A DNA stretch of 64,000 bases from Octopus vulgaris (taxonomy: Eukaryota), in the NCBI GenBank assembly GCA_951406725.2, contig OX597831.1, forward strand, positions 58,218,001 to 58,282,000, written 5' to 3'. Shown in pieces: positions 1-14,038 of the stretch; position 1 is the first letter of the stretch, and the number at the start of each line of letters is the position of its first letter. The position numbers and the translations under genes are program-made. Below the pieces are notes generated by a model, which had not been told where the DNA came from, ran no database searches, and saw nothing but the letters and a program-made list of their open reading frames with translations.

Positions 1-796
1 AATAGAATGATCAGTGTGAAATTCCGTTTTAGGTGATGTTATAACGATATCAGTGTGTGAGTTTCTTCTGCCGAATTATCATTGCCGAAAAACATTGTAT
101 ATAGATTAAATAAAATTAAATATAATATAATATAATATAAATAAAATACAATGAAATACATAAATAAATGCAAACTCGTTTTACAAAGGCAGGTGTTTTC
201 CTTGAAGCATCGAAAATCAATTTATCACTGTATGTTAGTTTACAGGTTTGCTCTGTCTCTTTAGATATTCCATCTCTTTTTTTCTATCTATCACTTCTTT
301 CTTTCTTTCTTTCTATCTATTTTCTTTCTTTCTCTCTATCTATTTTTCTTTCTTTCTTTCTTTCACTTTCGTTTTTATCGCCTTGCTGTCTTTCTACATA
401 ATTCGCAATTCTTAAGATTTAATTTATAGTCTAAGCTGGATGAATGTTTACGAAAGATAGTTTCACATATTTAATGTTTAACATTAAATAAACGAACATT
501 CTCTAACTTGATAGTGAATGGTTTCTAGATGTTGACGAGCCAGCTGGCAAGCACTTAAATCCGGATTGATCTGGATTAATATCTAAAACTTATAAGCTGT
601 TCGTCGTGGACAAAACACATTCTTCAAATTATTGACTTCATAAAGCAGCAACAAAGTGATATAAAATCGTGAAAAAAGATTTACTCTTTCAGGTTAATGA
701 GATGTCAATACTATGCACTACAGTGAAAGTGAAGCATTCGCTGCTGATTCAACAGTCTATTACACTGTGTAACAAAATTTAAATTTTTTTATTGTC

Positions 797-865
797 TTTG
801 GTCAGTAAGGCTGACCAAAGCCTTTTGAGTGGATTTGGTAGATGGAAACTGAAAGAAGCCCGTCG

Positions 866-921
<56 letters not shown>

Positions 922-1172
922 ATGTATATGTATATGTTTGTGTGTGTGTCTGTATTTGTCCCCCCACCATCGCTTGACAACCGGTCTTGGTGTGTTTACG
1001 TCCCCGTAACTTAGCGGTTCGGCCCAAGGGACCGCTAGAATAAGTATTAAGCTTACAAAGAATAAGTCCTGGGGCGGGGGGGGGGGGGCGATTTGTTCGA
1101 CAAAAGCTGGTGCTCCCGTATGGCCGCAGTCAAATGACTGAAACAAGTAAAAGAATAAAAGAACAAAAGAAT
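797..1172 (+). mobile_element. SINE family A, 5'-truncated (body, internal (TA)/(TG) microsatellite, tail)
   Basis: Matches the full-length copy at 37355-37830 (GTGGATTTGGTAGA..GGAAACTGAAAGAAGCCCGTCG ... GCAGTCAAATGACTGAAACAAGTAAAAG). Confidence 0.85.
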
Positions 1173-2070
1173 ACACTTGCAGAGAAAACGTTGACAGTGA
1201 CGTTGAAGTTTTGGTTTACGAGCCATCATCAGCCTAACTGAGTCTGTTCTTTTGCAGGTCTTAAATATATATTTTTTCAGTGGTGGGCAGGTTCATTCGA
1301 CGGGTGTAGCGATCTTTATGAAAATTAGATGTGGTATGAATGAATTTGCAGAGGACAAGGAGAAACAGTTGTGCACAGAGTAGTGATGGAAAACGAAAGA
1401 GCGTGTGTGTTTGTAGGGAGACAAGGATGGCGAACACAATATCTCTGGATTGACATAAGAATGTTGTGTTCGTCTTGCAGCCACTACTGGTTGCTTAAAT
1501 TTAATGTGAAGGGTTAATGCTTGTTATTGCTGGGATTTAGTTGGCACAAACATAAAGCCAGATGTTGAAGGTTAAATTTATATAGCAGGTCATGTAACAT
1601 GTAGGCCACATTCAGGTCACATTTTGCGTTAGTTGAGAGTTTTCTGTGGCCTATTCAGAATTTTTATTATGGGTTTTCTACTGTAAGAGGTTAAGGTTGA
1701 TGCATTTTAGGGTTGATACAAGAATGGTTATAAACATAAATGTCAAAGGCTAAAATTGCATCAGAGTGAAGGTCAAAGTTAGGTCAAAGTTTGTGGTTAG
1801 CGTTAAAGGCTTGCTTCTAAGCCAATCTTCGACTGATTTTGTAAAAGGTGCTCGGGTTATTATAAATTTTAATATAGATTTTGTACCGATGTATACAGAA
1901 CAGAAACATTTAAGTGTGTGTGTGTGTGTGTGTGTGTATACATGCATATGTATATCATGCACATATATATTACATATACACATATATCATACACATATAT
2001 ATTACACATACACAACACATATGCGTATGTGCATATGTATGTGTACACTTCAATAAAAATTTGCGACGCC

Positions 2071-2262
2071 ATGATAGATCGTTAGCCACTACACACATTT
2101 TTTCTCTCCTTGTTTCTCTCCTTGTTTTTTTCTGTGTCTCTTTCTGTAGAAGAGCGTAGGCTCGAAACGTAAAAAACTTTTTCTATTCCTGAGTGTAATA
2201 CTAATACATCTGTTTGTTTTGTACACCACCTGTCTTCGTCTTTTGTTTTTTTAGTAAACTCT

Positions 2263-2266
<4 letters not shown>
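2071..2266 (+). mobile_element. Short Penelope-like/retrozyme end with minimal hammerhead-like motif (2141-2174), ending in (TA)n
   Basis: ttt-CTGTAGA-a-GAGC gtag GCTC-GAAA-CGTA-aaa; second copy on the - strand at 34456-34616. Confidence 0.6.
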
Positions 2267-2298
<32 letters not shown>

Positions 2299-2630
2299 GC
2301 AGCACACAGACACACACATATATATACATGTACTAAAGTATATATATATATGTATATATTTATGTGTGTGCGTCTTTGTATCTGAGTTTGTCCCCCCCCC
2401 CCATCGCTTGACAACCGATGTAGGTGGCTGACAATATGTGCATGGCCGCAGTCAAAAGACTGAACCGTGTAAAAGAATAAAAGAAGAACAGAACATGTAT
2501 GCCTGTCTGTGGGTGGATGTATATGTATATGTGTACAAGAAATTATGCGAGTCTATAAATATTGCTATACGCATAAGATTATATATGTTTACATGTGTGT
2601 ATGCCCACCATATATGTGTATACACACGTG

Positions 2631-3045
2631 GGATCTTTTCGGTTTGAACGGCAGTTTTTTCTAGCGGTGTCATATGAAATTGTCACCCATAATTATGACC
2701 CTAGAATCGATCTATTGCATTTCATTCTCTATTAGGGTTAGGGTTAGGGATGGGGGAAGGGTATCTTTTTTTCTTCACAAATGTAAATAAACCCAATCTG
2801 TTTCATAAACGAGGGACATATTCATACGACACAGAATGCTTTTTAACTCAATAGACGTCACTGATTGGTTGAAATTGCAGAAATTGAAGAAAAAAACAAC
2901 AAATATCTTACAAACTGTAGAATTTTCTCAATAAAGCCAAGAGAAAAAGATGTTTTATAAACACATTCTACCAGTATACGAAGTTTAAATTTTTTTAGTT
3001 ACCTAGAAATTATGTTAAAAACTGCCGTTCAAACCGAAAAGATCC
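2631..3045. mobile_element. MITE with ~28-bp TIRs (GGATCTTTTCGGTTTGAACGGCAGTTTT) and 8-bp TSD
   Basis: TIRs at both ends; flanks CACACGTG / CACACGAG; internal TTAGGG motifs; further copies at 5837 and 21258. Confidence 0.9.
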
Positions 3046-5049
3046 CACACGAGTATACATATATACGAGGGGGTGCTGAAAGGTTGGTGCAAACCTATAA
3101 GGAAAGGAGTCTCAAACTTTTACGTCCTGTCCTTTTTTATGTCTGGGTCTTCATTGATCAACATACTCTTTATTTATTTTAAGATGGTAGAGTGTATTTT
3201 GAGGTAAATTTGTCTGCTATTCTTAGCAGAGTAAGCTATTAGTAGCTCCATTCCTTGGCACACCGAATGTATTGGTTGAAGACAGATCAACACTAGTTAC
3301 ACTTGAATATTTTACTAGATATCCGACATCTTATCGGACCGGCCATCTTTAGAATTTCACACATGTAATGAAACAAATAACACTGTTAATTTCGTATCAG
3401 TCAATAATGCTACCAACATCTTACGGACATATTCTCGTGATTGTGTCCCTCTGTGAATACATCATTGTGAATCTATCCTCGAGGTGACAATTCTACATAA
3501 AGATATCAGAATTATAACGCAACACTAACTTTATTCGCCATATGCAAATTATTTTATTAAATCTACAACAATTCCAAGGGACATAGAGAATTACAATAGA
3601 CTATATTGAACGTTATTTATATCGCTCAATAACCGAACATTTGAAAATGAACCTTTGTTATTGTAAGAGAAGGGTTAAGCCACATATGCAAATGCATCGA
3701 ATATAAAAATAAACAGGAAAAAAATATTACGTAAGCTAATACTATAATACCAGGTAGAAGTATATTATATAGATAGAAGACAAATGATTTAAACAACAAT
3801 GACAACAACGCCAGCAGTGTGAATACTGTAAGTCTTTATCTTCACAATCTAATTATCAAGAGCAAAACGGGATCGGAAACTTTTCAGAGATTTTCAGGTT
3901 TCAGATCAGCACAGAGCAGATTAAACAGAAAGAAAGGTGGTAAGGTTATAAAGTTAAAGCTACAAGGGATACGTTTGAAGATAAGAGAAGCATTAAAAGT
4001 GCGCTGAAAGATAAATAAAGCTGAGAGACGTTTATGGAAATGAAAAACGAGATGGATGCTTTGTATTGGACGAAATAACGAAATGGTCAATTTCCCGTAA
4101 GATTGGCTTGGTAAGTTGCTTGAAGGTCTTTGGACAAAAGAAGTTATTGACTTTGAGATAAAGGTGTTTCAATCAATACTGGATTATAAGCATTATAATT
4201 AACTGCCTCGCAGTAAGTTTCTCACTCTCTTCCTCATGTTAGTAGTCACTTTAACAATTTTTCCGTCTTGTGAGCGGCTATAATGACACTTACGGCTGTT
4301 GAAGTACCTGGAAGGGGGAAAAGTCTTTGTCTTTCAAAGAAAAGACGATGCGAAGAGACATTCTTAAGAAAATATCGGTTATCTATTGTCTTATCTTTGT
4401 CTGATATCTTTGCAGTGAATAATAGTAATTAATATCAAATGTTAATTATGAATGGTGGACATAAATAGCGGCTGTGTGTTGCATCATATGTCGTGAGATA
4501 TGTGTTAAATAGGTTGTATTATAAACTGTGTCGGGAGGTCTAATAATGATAGTGAGCTCTCAATGAACTGTATCTGAAATCCGTGTTCGATTCTTTTCGC
4601 TTGCTTTTGTATTTATATCACCGATATACTTATGAAAACCAAACATTTCACAACTCTTCTTTCTCTTATCTTCAAAAATTTAATAAAGCTAATGACTAAC
4701 TGACTGATCTGGTTACAAAAAGGTTATTTATCAGTTGATTAGAATTGTCGAACAGGTGTATGAAATAAATAAATAAGTAAATGAATAAATAAATAAATAA
4801 ATACTGTTTCCATTATCCAACGTTGAATGGCAGTCAGCCGGTTGAAATCGAACATCAGATGTCGGTATAACAGTCAAACTGTTGACGTTTCTGAGCATCG
4901 TGGTTTCTTAAGAGTAAATAGATACTGTAGCTAATATAGCACACGCATATAACTGCATTTCCCCCCTCCCCCATACACGCATACAGACACACATATATAC
5001 ACACACACACACACACATTCGATAGCTATGCTTAGCTACATTTTATTAT

Positions 5050-5588
5050 GTTTGTTCCTTCTCGAGCCATCCCTGGCTTATAAGGGCTGGTTTCCCGGTT
5101 TCCTTGGCGTATAGGTTACCCACCTGAGAGGCGGCGAGCTGGCAGAAACGTTAGCACGCCGGGCGAAATGCGTAGCCGTATTTCGTCTGCCGTTACGTTC
5201 TGAGTTCAAATTCCGCCGAGGTTGACTTTGCCTTTCATCCTTTCGGGGTCGATAAATTAAGTACCAGTTACGCACTGGGGTCGATATAATCGACTTAATC
5301 CGTTTGTCTGTCCTTATTTTTCCTCTCTGTGTTTAGCCCCTTGTGGGTAGTAAAGAAATAATATAGGTTACCCACCTGGACGGGACGCCGGGCCGTCGCA
5401 GGTGAGCTGCAAGAAGAAAGAATGAGAGAAAGTTGTGGCGAAAGAGTCTGCAGAAGTTCGCCATCATCTTCTGCCGGAGCCGCGTGGAGCTTAGGTGTTT
5501 CGCTCATAAACACACACATCGCCCAGTCTGAGATTCGAACACGCGATCCCTCGACCGCTGCTCTAACCACTAGGCCATGTGCCTCCAC
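5050..5588 (-). mobile_element. SINE family C (tRNA-derived head GTGGAGGC.CATGGCCTAGTGG), split by a family B SINE
   Basis: tRNA-like A/B boxes; 12-bp TSD ACATTTTATTAT at 5038-5049 and 5589-5600. Confidence 0.85.
5127..5361 (+). mobile_element. SINE family B, full length (head GGCGGCGAGCTGGCAGAAACG, B-box GAGTTCAAATTCC)
   Basis: 17-bp TSD TATAGGTTACCCACCTG at 5110-5126 and 5362-5378; many copies in the window. Confidence 0.9.
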
Positions 5589-5773
5589 ACATTTTATTAT
5601 ATTTTGTCAAAAAATAATTCAAATAGCCAGAAGGCTTTTGAAAGTGATAAAGTGCGAGCCATGATTTCGTTCCGAGGATTTGAGAAGTTTTGAAAATCTT
5701 TCTTTGAACTTGTTGATGGTTGGTGATGAATATGAAACCACAAAGAACCAAGAATTTATATTTTAGATTTGTG

Positions 5774-5815
<42 letters not shown>

Positions 5816-5836
5816 GATATACATACACAAACGTAG

Positions 5837-6263
5837 GGATCTTTTCGGTTTGACCGGCAGTTTTTAAAAATAATTTCCACGTAACTAAACACTTTTAAAC
5901 TTCGTATACTGGTAGAATATGTTTATAAAACATATTTTTCTCTTGGCTTTATTGAGAAAATTCTATAGTTTGTAAGATATTTGTTGTTTTTTACTTCAAT
6001 TTCTGCAATTTCAACCAATCAATGACGTCTATTTGAGGTGAAGACATTCTGTGCCGTATGAATATGTACCTCGTTTAAGAAACAGATTGGGTTTATTTAC
6101 ATTTGTGAAGAAAAAAAGATACCCTTCCCCTCACCCCTAACCCAAACTCTAACTAACCCTAAAAGAGATTGAAATACAATAGATCGGTACTAGGGTCATA
6201 ATTATGTGTGACAATTTCATATGACACCGCTAGAAAAAACTGCCGTTCAAACCGAAAAGATCC
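5837..6263. mobile_element. GG-TIR MITE, opposite internal orientation to 2631-3045
   Basis: Same TIRs; internal sequence is the reverse complement of the 2631 copy. Confidence 0.9.
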
Positions 6264-6814
6264 ATTTTAGATCTGTCTTTACACACACACACACACACAC
6301 ACATACACAAACGTATTCCCTGACAGATACATGTTAGTATGTAGCAACATAAATGGGTGTATCGACAGGAATTACTTTCCGATATTTACATATTGAAAGG
6401 CACCATTCCGGCAGAATCTTCAGTGCGCCAGACTAAGTGCTTAGTGGCATTTCTTCCATCTTTTCCTTCTCAGTTCAATAAGTACCAACTGAGCGTTGAA
6501 GTCAATGCAATCAACTAGACCTCTCCCACAAAATTTCGGGGCGTTTGCTTATAGTAGACAAATTATTTATGTATTGAGAGTCACAGTCCTTCAATAGGAA
6601 AGTCTTTATAAGATATTATCAAATCTCGAAATCAGACATCTGATAAAATAAATATCTAACTAAGCGTCCTGGATTCGATATAACCGACCGAAACCAAATT
6701 CTTGAAGGTAGTAACCGAATATGGCTGCAGTCAAAAGAACAACAAATTCTTTTATTCTTTTATTTCTTTCAGTCCAATGACTGTGCTGGACCACCGCCAT
6801 TAACTACTATTTTA

Positions 6815-7212
6815 CTATTTACTATTTTACTTGTTTCAGTCATTTGATCGGAACCATGCTGGAGCACCGCCTTTAGTCGAGCAACTCGACCACGGACTTA
6901 TTCTTTGGAAAACTAGTACTTATTCTATCGGTCTTTTTTGTCGAACCGCTAAGTTACAGGGACGTAAATACACCAGCATCGGTTACCAAGCAATGTTGTG
7001 GGGACAAACACAGACACACAAACATACACATATATATACATATATACGACGGGCTTCTTTCAGTTTCCGTCTCCCAAATCCACTCACAAGGCTTTGGTTG
7101 GCCCGAGGCTATAGTAGAAGACACTTGCCCAAGGTACCACGCAGTGGGAATGAACCCAGAACGATGTAGTTGGTAAGCAAGCTACTTACCACACAGCCAC
7201 TCCTGCGCCTGT
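6815..7212 (-). mobile_element. SINE family A, full length
   Basis: Reverse complement of head AGGCGCAGGAGTGGCTGTGTGGTAAGTAGCTTGC at the right end; tail at the left end. Confidence 0.88.
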
Positions 7213-8026
7213 ATAAAAACTGTATAAAAATGTTTTTCAAATTTCGAAAGAAGCTGAAATTCGACGTAGTATGCAATGTAAACACGTACTGCATACATTA
7301 AAACATTGCCAGAGTGTTCAAATCCTGATGCTTTTCACTTAGAAATATTGATTCGCCGAGGTCGTTTTGGCGTATCTATATAAATCGTCAGACCTTTTGT
7401 TTTTGAGTGTACATTTTGGTCGGAAAAAATCGACTTGCGTGCCACAAAATACGATATGAACTAAATTGCTAGTATTTTAATGTAAAAGACACCAGGATTT
7501 TATCGTGTATTTATTACCCAACAAATAATAGAGATGTGGTTCGGGTTACGCCGGTAGGCCTGTTAATTTTTTTTCTGTCTCAGGTTGCTTCTTATAATAG
7601 AAAATAAGGTTTTGTAACCACTATATATTTCTTTATAGCTATTGTCTTATTTTTTTTTTGTATCATCAGCACAGCCACGTCACTAAAGACGAGTTCTTGG
7701 CTTGGCTTGTTTGAAGTTTCTGGTAAAGAATATATCCCGTGAATTCCTCTTGGCCATTATCGATCAATCACAACTAACGTCTGTTCGAAAACACCAAAAA
7801 AATTAAAGAAAAAGGAAAAAAAATTATACTAATAAAAACTAAAACAAAAATTTTAAAATGTCTGGTCCATTAGTAATGGGAATATAAAGGTGAAAGTTGA
7901 AAGTTCATTCTTACTGTAGCTCGTGTATCTAGGAGTACAAAACATACACACACATACACACGCACCTACTCTCTCTCACTCTTTCCCTCACACGCACACA
8001 CAGACACATACACACGCACGCACACA

Positions 8027-8062
<36 letters not shown>

Positions 8063-8396
8063 ACAATTATTATATGTCTGTGTAATTGTATGATATATGT
8101 ATATGTTCATATCATTGTATAAATGTATGCATACATGTATATGTATATATATACGAACATGTGTGTATATACATATACATACATTTATACACACAGGTAC
8201 AAATGCATATACATACATTCTATTTATCTCTCTCCCTATCTATCTCTATCTAAATCAATCATACACAAACACATATAAATCATATATATATATATATATA
8301 TATATTATATTATATTATATATAATATATATATAAATCATATATATATATATTATATATATATATTATATATATATATTATATTATATTATATGTA

Positions 8397-8432
<36 letters not shown>

Positions 8433-8454
8433 TATATATAATATAATATAATAT

Positions 8455-8500
<46 letters not shown>

Positions 8501-8518
8501 ATATATATATATATGATA

Positions 8519-8608
<90 letters not shown>

Positions 8609-8971
8609 TAAACATACATACATGCACATACAAAACATTTATATAGTGTTGTTGTTTAAGCGAAGCACTCTGAAAGAAAAGAGCTTTCTGTTTATAATTT
8701 TTGTTATGTTGTACATTTAAGTAACTAAAAGTTATCGAGACATGCCTATACTTGCAACCACACACGCACTCCACATACACACTCACACACACGCCACGCG
8801 CACACACTCACACACATGCATATTACTTTTAGTCTTTTATTCTTTATGTTGGTTTAGGATTGGACCATGGCCATGCTGGAGCATCACTTCGAATGGTTTT
8901 TTAATCAACCATATCCAGCCCAGTAGATATTTTAAAGCATCATATTCATCGATATCTCTTCTATTCTGTTA

Positions 8972-9375
8972 TTCTTTTACTTGTTTCAGTTATTTTCACT
9001 GCAGCCATGCTGCAGCACCGCCTTTAGTCGAACAAATCGAACCCAGGACTTATTCTTTATAAACCTGGTAGTTATTCTATCGATCTCTTTTGCCGAACAG
9101 TTAAGTTACGGGACTGTAAACACACCGACATCGGTTATCAAGCTATGGTGGATGTACAAACACAGACACAAATAACAAATACACACACACACACACACAC
9201 ACACATGTATACGACGGGCTTCTCTCAGTTTTCGTCTACCAAATCCACTCACAAGGCTTTGGTCAGCCCCACGCTAGAGTAGAAGACACTTGTCCAAGGT
9301 GCCACGCAGTGGGACTAAACCCAGAACCATGTGGTGGATAAGCAAGCTACTTACCACACAGCCACTCCTACGGCT
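8972..9375 (-). mobile_element. SINE family A
   Basis: Colinear similarity to other family A copies. Confidence 0.85.
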
Positions 9376-9376
9376 A

Positions 9377-9937
<561 letters not shown>

Positions 9938-9963
9938 ATATCTTGAAATACTAAAGAGTAAAT

Positions 9964-10178
9964 TTATTCAATAAAATTGCCATTGGCTTCAACCACGGCC
10001 TCCAGACGACTTCGGAATCGCCTGCAACTCTTCTCGACGGTCTCCTTGTTTAAGTTGGTAAATGCTGCCTTCAGTTCATTTTTGGTGTTACAAGGAGTTT
10101 TATTGGTCTCTCGCTCAACTGCGCTCCACACATAATAAGCAAGGGAGTTGCAGTCTGAGGAGTTAGATGGCCATATGT
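9964..10178 (-). pseudogene. Tc1/mariner-superfamily transposase C-terminal relic (maT/DD37D-like)
   Basis: IWPSNSSDCNSLAYYVW...CRRFRSRLEAVVEANGNFIE resembles the WPPxSPDxNPLDYxVW...FRxRLEAVVxAxGxxIE end of these transposases. Confidence 0.8.
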
Positions 10179-10286
10179 TAAGAATGTTCACTGCTTTTGA
10201 TATAATAAGAATGTGATAATAAGAGTGTTCACTGAATTTGAGGTAGGAAAAGAATGAACGACAGTCCTGCCAAACCGTATGTTATT

Positions 10287-10670
10287 TTCTACTCTAGGCA
10301 CAAGGCCCGAAATTTTTTGGGAAAGGGGCCAGTCGATTAGATCGATCCCAGTACGCAACTGGTACTTAATTTATCGACCCCGAAAGGATGAAAGACAAAG
10401 TCGACCTCAGCGGAATTTGAACTCAGAACGTAAAGACAGAGGAAATACCTATTTCTTTACTGCCCACAAGGGGGCTAAAAACAGAGAGGACAAACAAGGA
10501 CAGACAAACGGATTCAGTCGAGTTTATCGACCCCAGTGCGTAACTGGTACTTAATTTATCGACCCCGAAAGGATGAAAGGCAAAGTCGACCTCGACGGAA
10601 TTTGAACTCAGAACGAAATACGGATACGCATTTCGCCCGGCGTGCTAACGTTTCTGCCAGCTCGCCGCCT
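10287..10670 (-). mobile_element. Two adjacent family B SINEs carrying two different tails
   Basis: Core CTGGTACTTAATTTATCGACCCCGAAAGGATGAAAG occurs twice; head at ~10670. Confidence 0.85.
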
Positions 10671-11498
10671 TTTTGAGCTGGCTGCGATAATAAGAATGTT
10701 CGTTGCTTTTGATACAATAAGAATGCGATAATAAGAATGTTCACCGAATTTGATGTAGGAAAAGAATGAGTGACAGTCTTGTCAAACCGTATGTTATTAG
10801 TTGTCCATCCCTTAGAGATGATGTACTCGATTTCCATCCTCAGTCCTATACTATGAAATGTTCAACTATATAAAAAACAGCCAAGAATTAACCTATTACC
10901 GTAGTAGGTAATTTAGTTTGCATATTTGTGCTTTACATAGCACCAGGTTCATTAATAGAACTTGGTTGAAAGAAAACTATTCAGAAGCACGTCATTTGTG
11001 AGTGTGTGTGTGTGCTTGCCTTCATAATTTAATGTTTTTGAGGCAGCTTCACCGGTTAAAACTAGACCAGCGTTGAGTCAACATAAGCAACTTGCCAATC
11101 GGTAGAATATAGAACGATGAAAATAAGCAGCAGACTAATATCATTATTTGGGTGACTAAGAAATTTCTGGCAAAGAAAATAGTTTGTTAATTTCTCCTGG
11201 CCATTATCTATCGATCTGTGCTATAACTGAATAAAACCTAAAAAAAAAAACAACAAAAAACGTTATAAAAATAAAACAGGAAGTTTAGAAACGTCTAGTC
11301 CATTAATAATGGGTATGTAAAGGTGAAAGGTAAAGGTTCATATGGTGAGTCGTATACCTCCCCCCCCCCACACACACAGACACGAGCACAAAATACATAC
11401 GCATAGCAAACATATGCATACATAAATATATACATTTATTTGTGTCTATACATAAATACATACATACATATATCTATATATATATATATATTATATAC

Positions 11499-11725
<227 letters not shown>

Positions 11726-12169
11726 GCATATACACTCGCACAAACACACGTTCACGCAGACGTGCACTCTCTTCCTTACTCTTTGCCTAATTCCATTCCA
11801 TATACTACAGCCAATTTAAGCCATCGTCGCTACTACTTTTACTGCTGTTTCTGCATCTCTTCTTCTGCAGTTGGCTTCAGGTGAATGAAGAAGTTTGTTA
11901 CCGCAGCCATAAGTTGTGTTTCTAACCTTGATGTAGGCTCAGATACACTCTCACATAGTAGAAAGTGACCGTATTTCTTTGTGGCATTTAAAACCATTCC
12001 TTGTAGTTCTCTTAAACTTACGGCGAGATATCGAAGATTTACGGGCTTTTTTCGCTTTAAGTTATGGTAATATCTAGATCAAACTCGAGACGGGGAGGCT
12101 GAGGACTTTGACAAAATCCAGGGGTATAGGAAATAACCCCAAGGTAGTTTTCTATGAGACTCCATTTAG

Positions 12170-12360
12170 AAATGTTCCCCCTGGAAGGTTTCCATTGGCT
12201 GCAACTGTTTGACTTTAAAAAGGTTGTTCCGCCAATTTCCTAGCTTTTCAACTATTTTCAAGAAGCATAGTTTGGGATATTTTATTCCACGGTCAATGTT
12301 ATCGAAAGCTTTTGCAAAATTGAGGTGTATCAAACCCTTGCTTGAATTGCTTATCAAATC
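12170..12360 (-). pseudogene. CR1/L2-type reverse transcriptase relic
   Basis: HLNFAKAFDNIDRG...KLGNW resembles the RT motif YLDFAKAFDKVDHG..KL...GI.GKL..W. Confidence 0.6.
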
Positions 12361-12384
12361 TTTCAGTAATCAATAAAAATCATG

Positions 12385-12778
12385 GTTTCAAATTTTAGCA
12401 CAAGACCAACAATTTTGAGGGAAGAAGTAAGTCGATTACATCCACCCCAGTTCTCAGCTGGTACTTATTTTATCGACCCCGAAAGGATGAAAGGCAAAGT
12501 CGGCCTCGGCGAAATTTAAACGCAGAACATGAAGACAGATGAAATACCCTTATATACACAAATAATATTAATGATAATAGTTTTTTCTACTAAAGGCACA
12601 AGCCCTGAAATTTAGTGGGAGGGGACTAGCCGATGACATCGGCCCCAGTGTTTCACTGGTACTTAATTTATCGACTCCGAAAGGATGAAAGGCAATTTTA
12701 TCTCAGAAGGTGAAGACAAACGAAATACAGCTAAGCATTTCGCCCGGCGTGCTAACGGTTCTGCCAGCTCAGCACCTT
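12385..12778 (-). mobile_element. Two family B SINEs (alternative tail)
   Basis: Family B core twice; head at ~12778. Confidence 0.8.
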
Positions 12779-12815
12779 AATATTAATGATAATAATGCTA
12801 TTTAAGTTAATATTA

Positions 12816-13155
12816 ATTCTGTTGTGTCTGGGGAGAGTCATTTTCTTTTTGTGTCTTATAATGTAACACACTCACCGGTAAAATTTCCACTTATTTCTTA
12901 TTTTTATTTTCCTAAAATTTTCGTTGCGTCTTGCAACATTTTCCAGAGTCAAGACTATTGAAAAGGTTGCAAGACGCAACGAAAATATTTGGAAAATAAA
13001 AATAAGAAAATAAGTGGAAATTTTACCGGTGAGTGTGTTAAATTATAAGGCTCGAAAAGAAAATGACTCTCCTCAGACACAACAGAATATGCTTCAACAC
13101 ACGAACTCATATAAAGAATCTTGCAAACCAAATCCAAAAACGAAAAAATTGATAT
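12816..13155. mobile_element. Fold-back element: 135-bp inverted arms plus ~70-nt tail, with hammerhead-like motif
   Basis: 12816-12950 is approximately the reverse complement of 12953-13088; TTGAAAA-g-GTTGC aagac GCAAC-GAAA; decayed relative at 22770-23285. Confidence 0.75.
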
Positions 13156-13975
13156 TAATATTAATGGCAATAATGATAAAGATAATAATGCTGAATGTCA
13201 AAGATCAGTTACAATTAGGTACTAAAAATAAATTCCCTACTCGGAAGACCTTCCCACATGCGATCAGTCTAAATCAATGGTACCAACAGAAACAAATATA
13301 ACAGATGCAGAAATACAAATACCGAAGTAGGTGGCATTTCCTATCGGCAAGCGGAAAGACGTCAATATGATTTGCCTTGTAAATTTGTGAGGATGTGTTA
13401 TGTCGCAATACTACACAGTGGCTGGGTGAGCTACGAAATCTTCGTCGCCAATATTATGTCGCACGTTCGGATGTCCTCTACTCAATTTGGCATCTAGACT
13501 TCTCCCTCTATGTCTACGTATTGGACTAGCCTACTTCATCGTCTGAGGGTATCCACACAACAGGATGTCACACTCAAAATCAGGCCGTGATACAATATTT
13601 ATACATTTGAAGCACTCCCTGAAACCTATGTACAACGCATTGCTCACCGGATGCCTCAAATCATGACGGAAAAATTGAAGAGAGGCCCAGAGTTGTAGCT
13701 AAGCTTAGATATCACTAAGCACAGAGGCACACAGACCTAGCTTTCTGAGTTCTTTATTCTTACTGACTTAACAGCAGGCTACCTACGTTTGTCTATGTAT
13801 GTATGTATGTATGAATGTTTGTATGTAGGTATGTATGTATGTATGTATGAATGTATGTATGTATGTGTGTATGTATGTATGTATGTATGTATGTATGTAT
13901 GAATGTATGTATGTATGTATGTATTTGTCTACTGGTGTGCCTAGCTGTCTACCTCAATAATCTATCATACACGTA

Positions 13976-14038
<63 letters not shown>

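Noticed and set aside
13440-13690. Possible Tc1 C-terminal relic (EALPETYVQRIAHRMP)
   Set aside because: Too short and degenerate; no TIR or catalytic motif seen.
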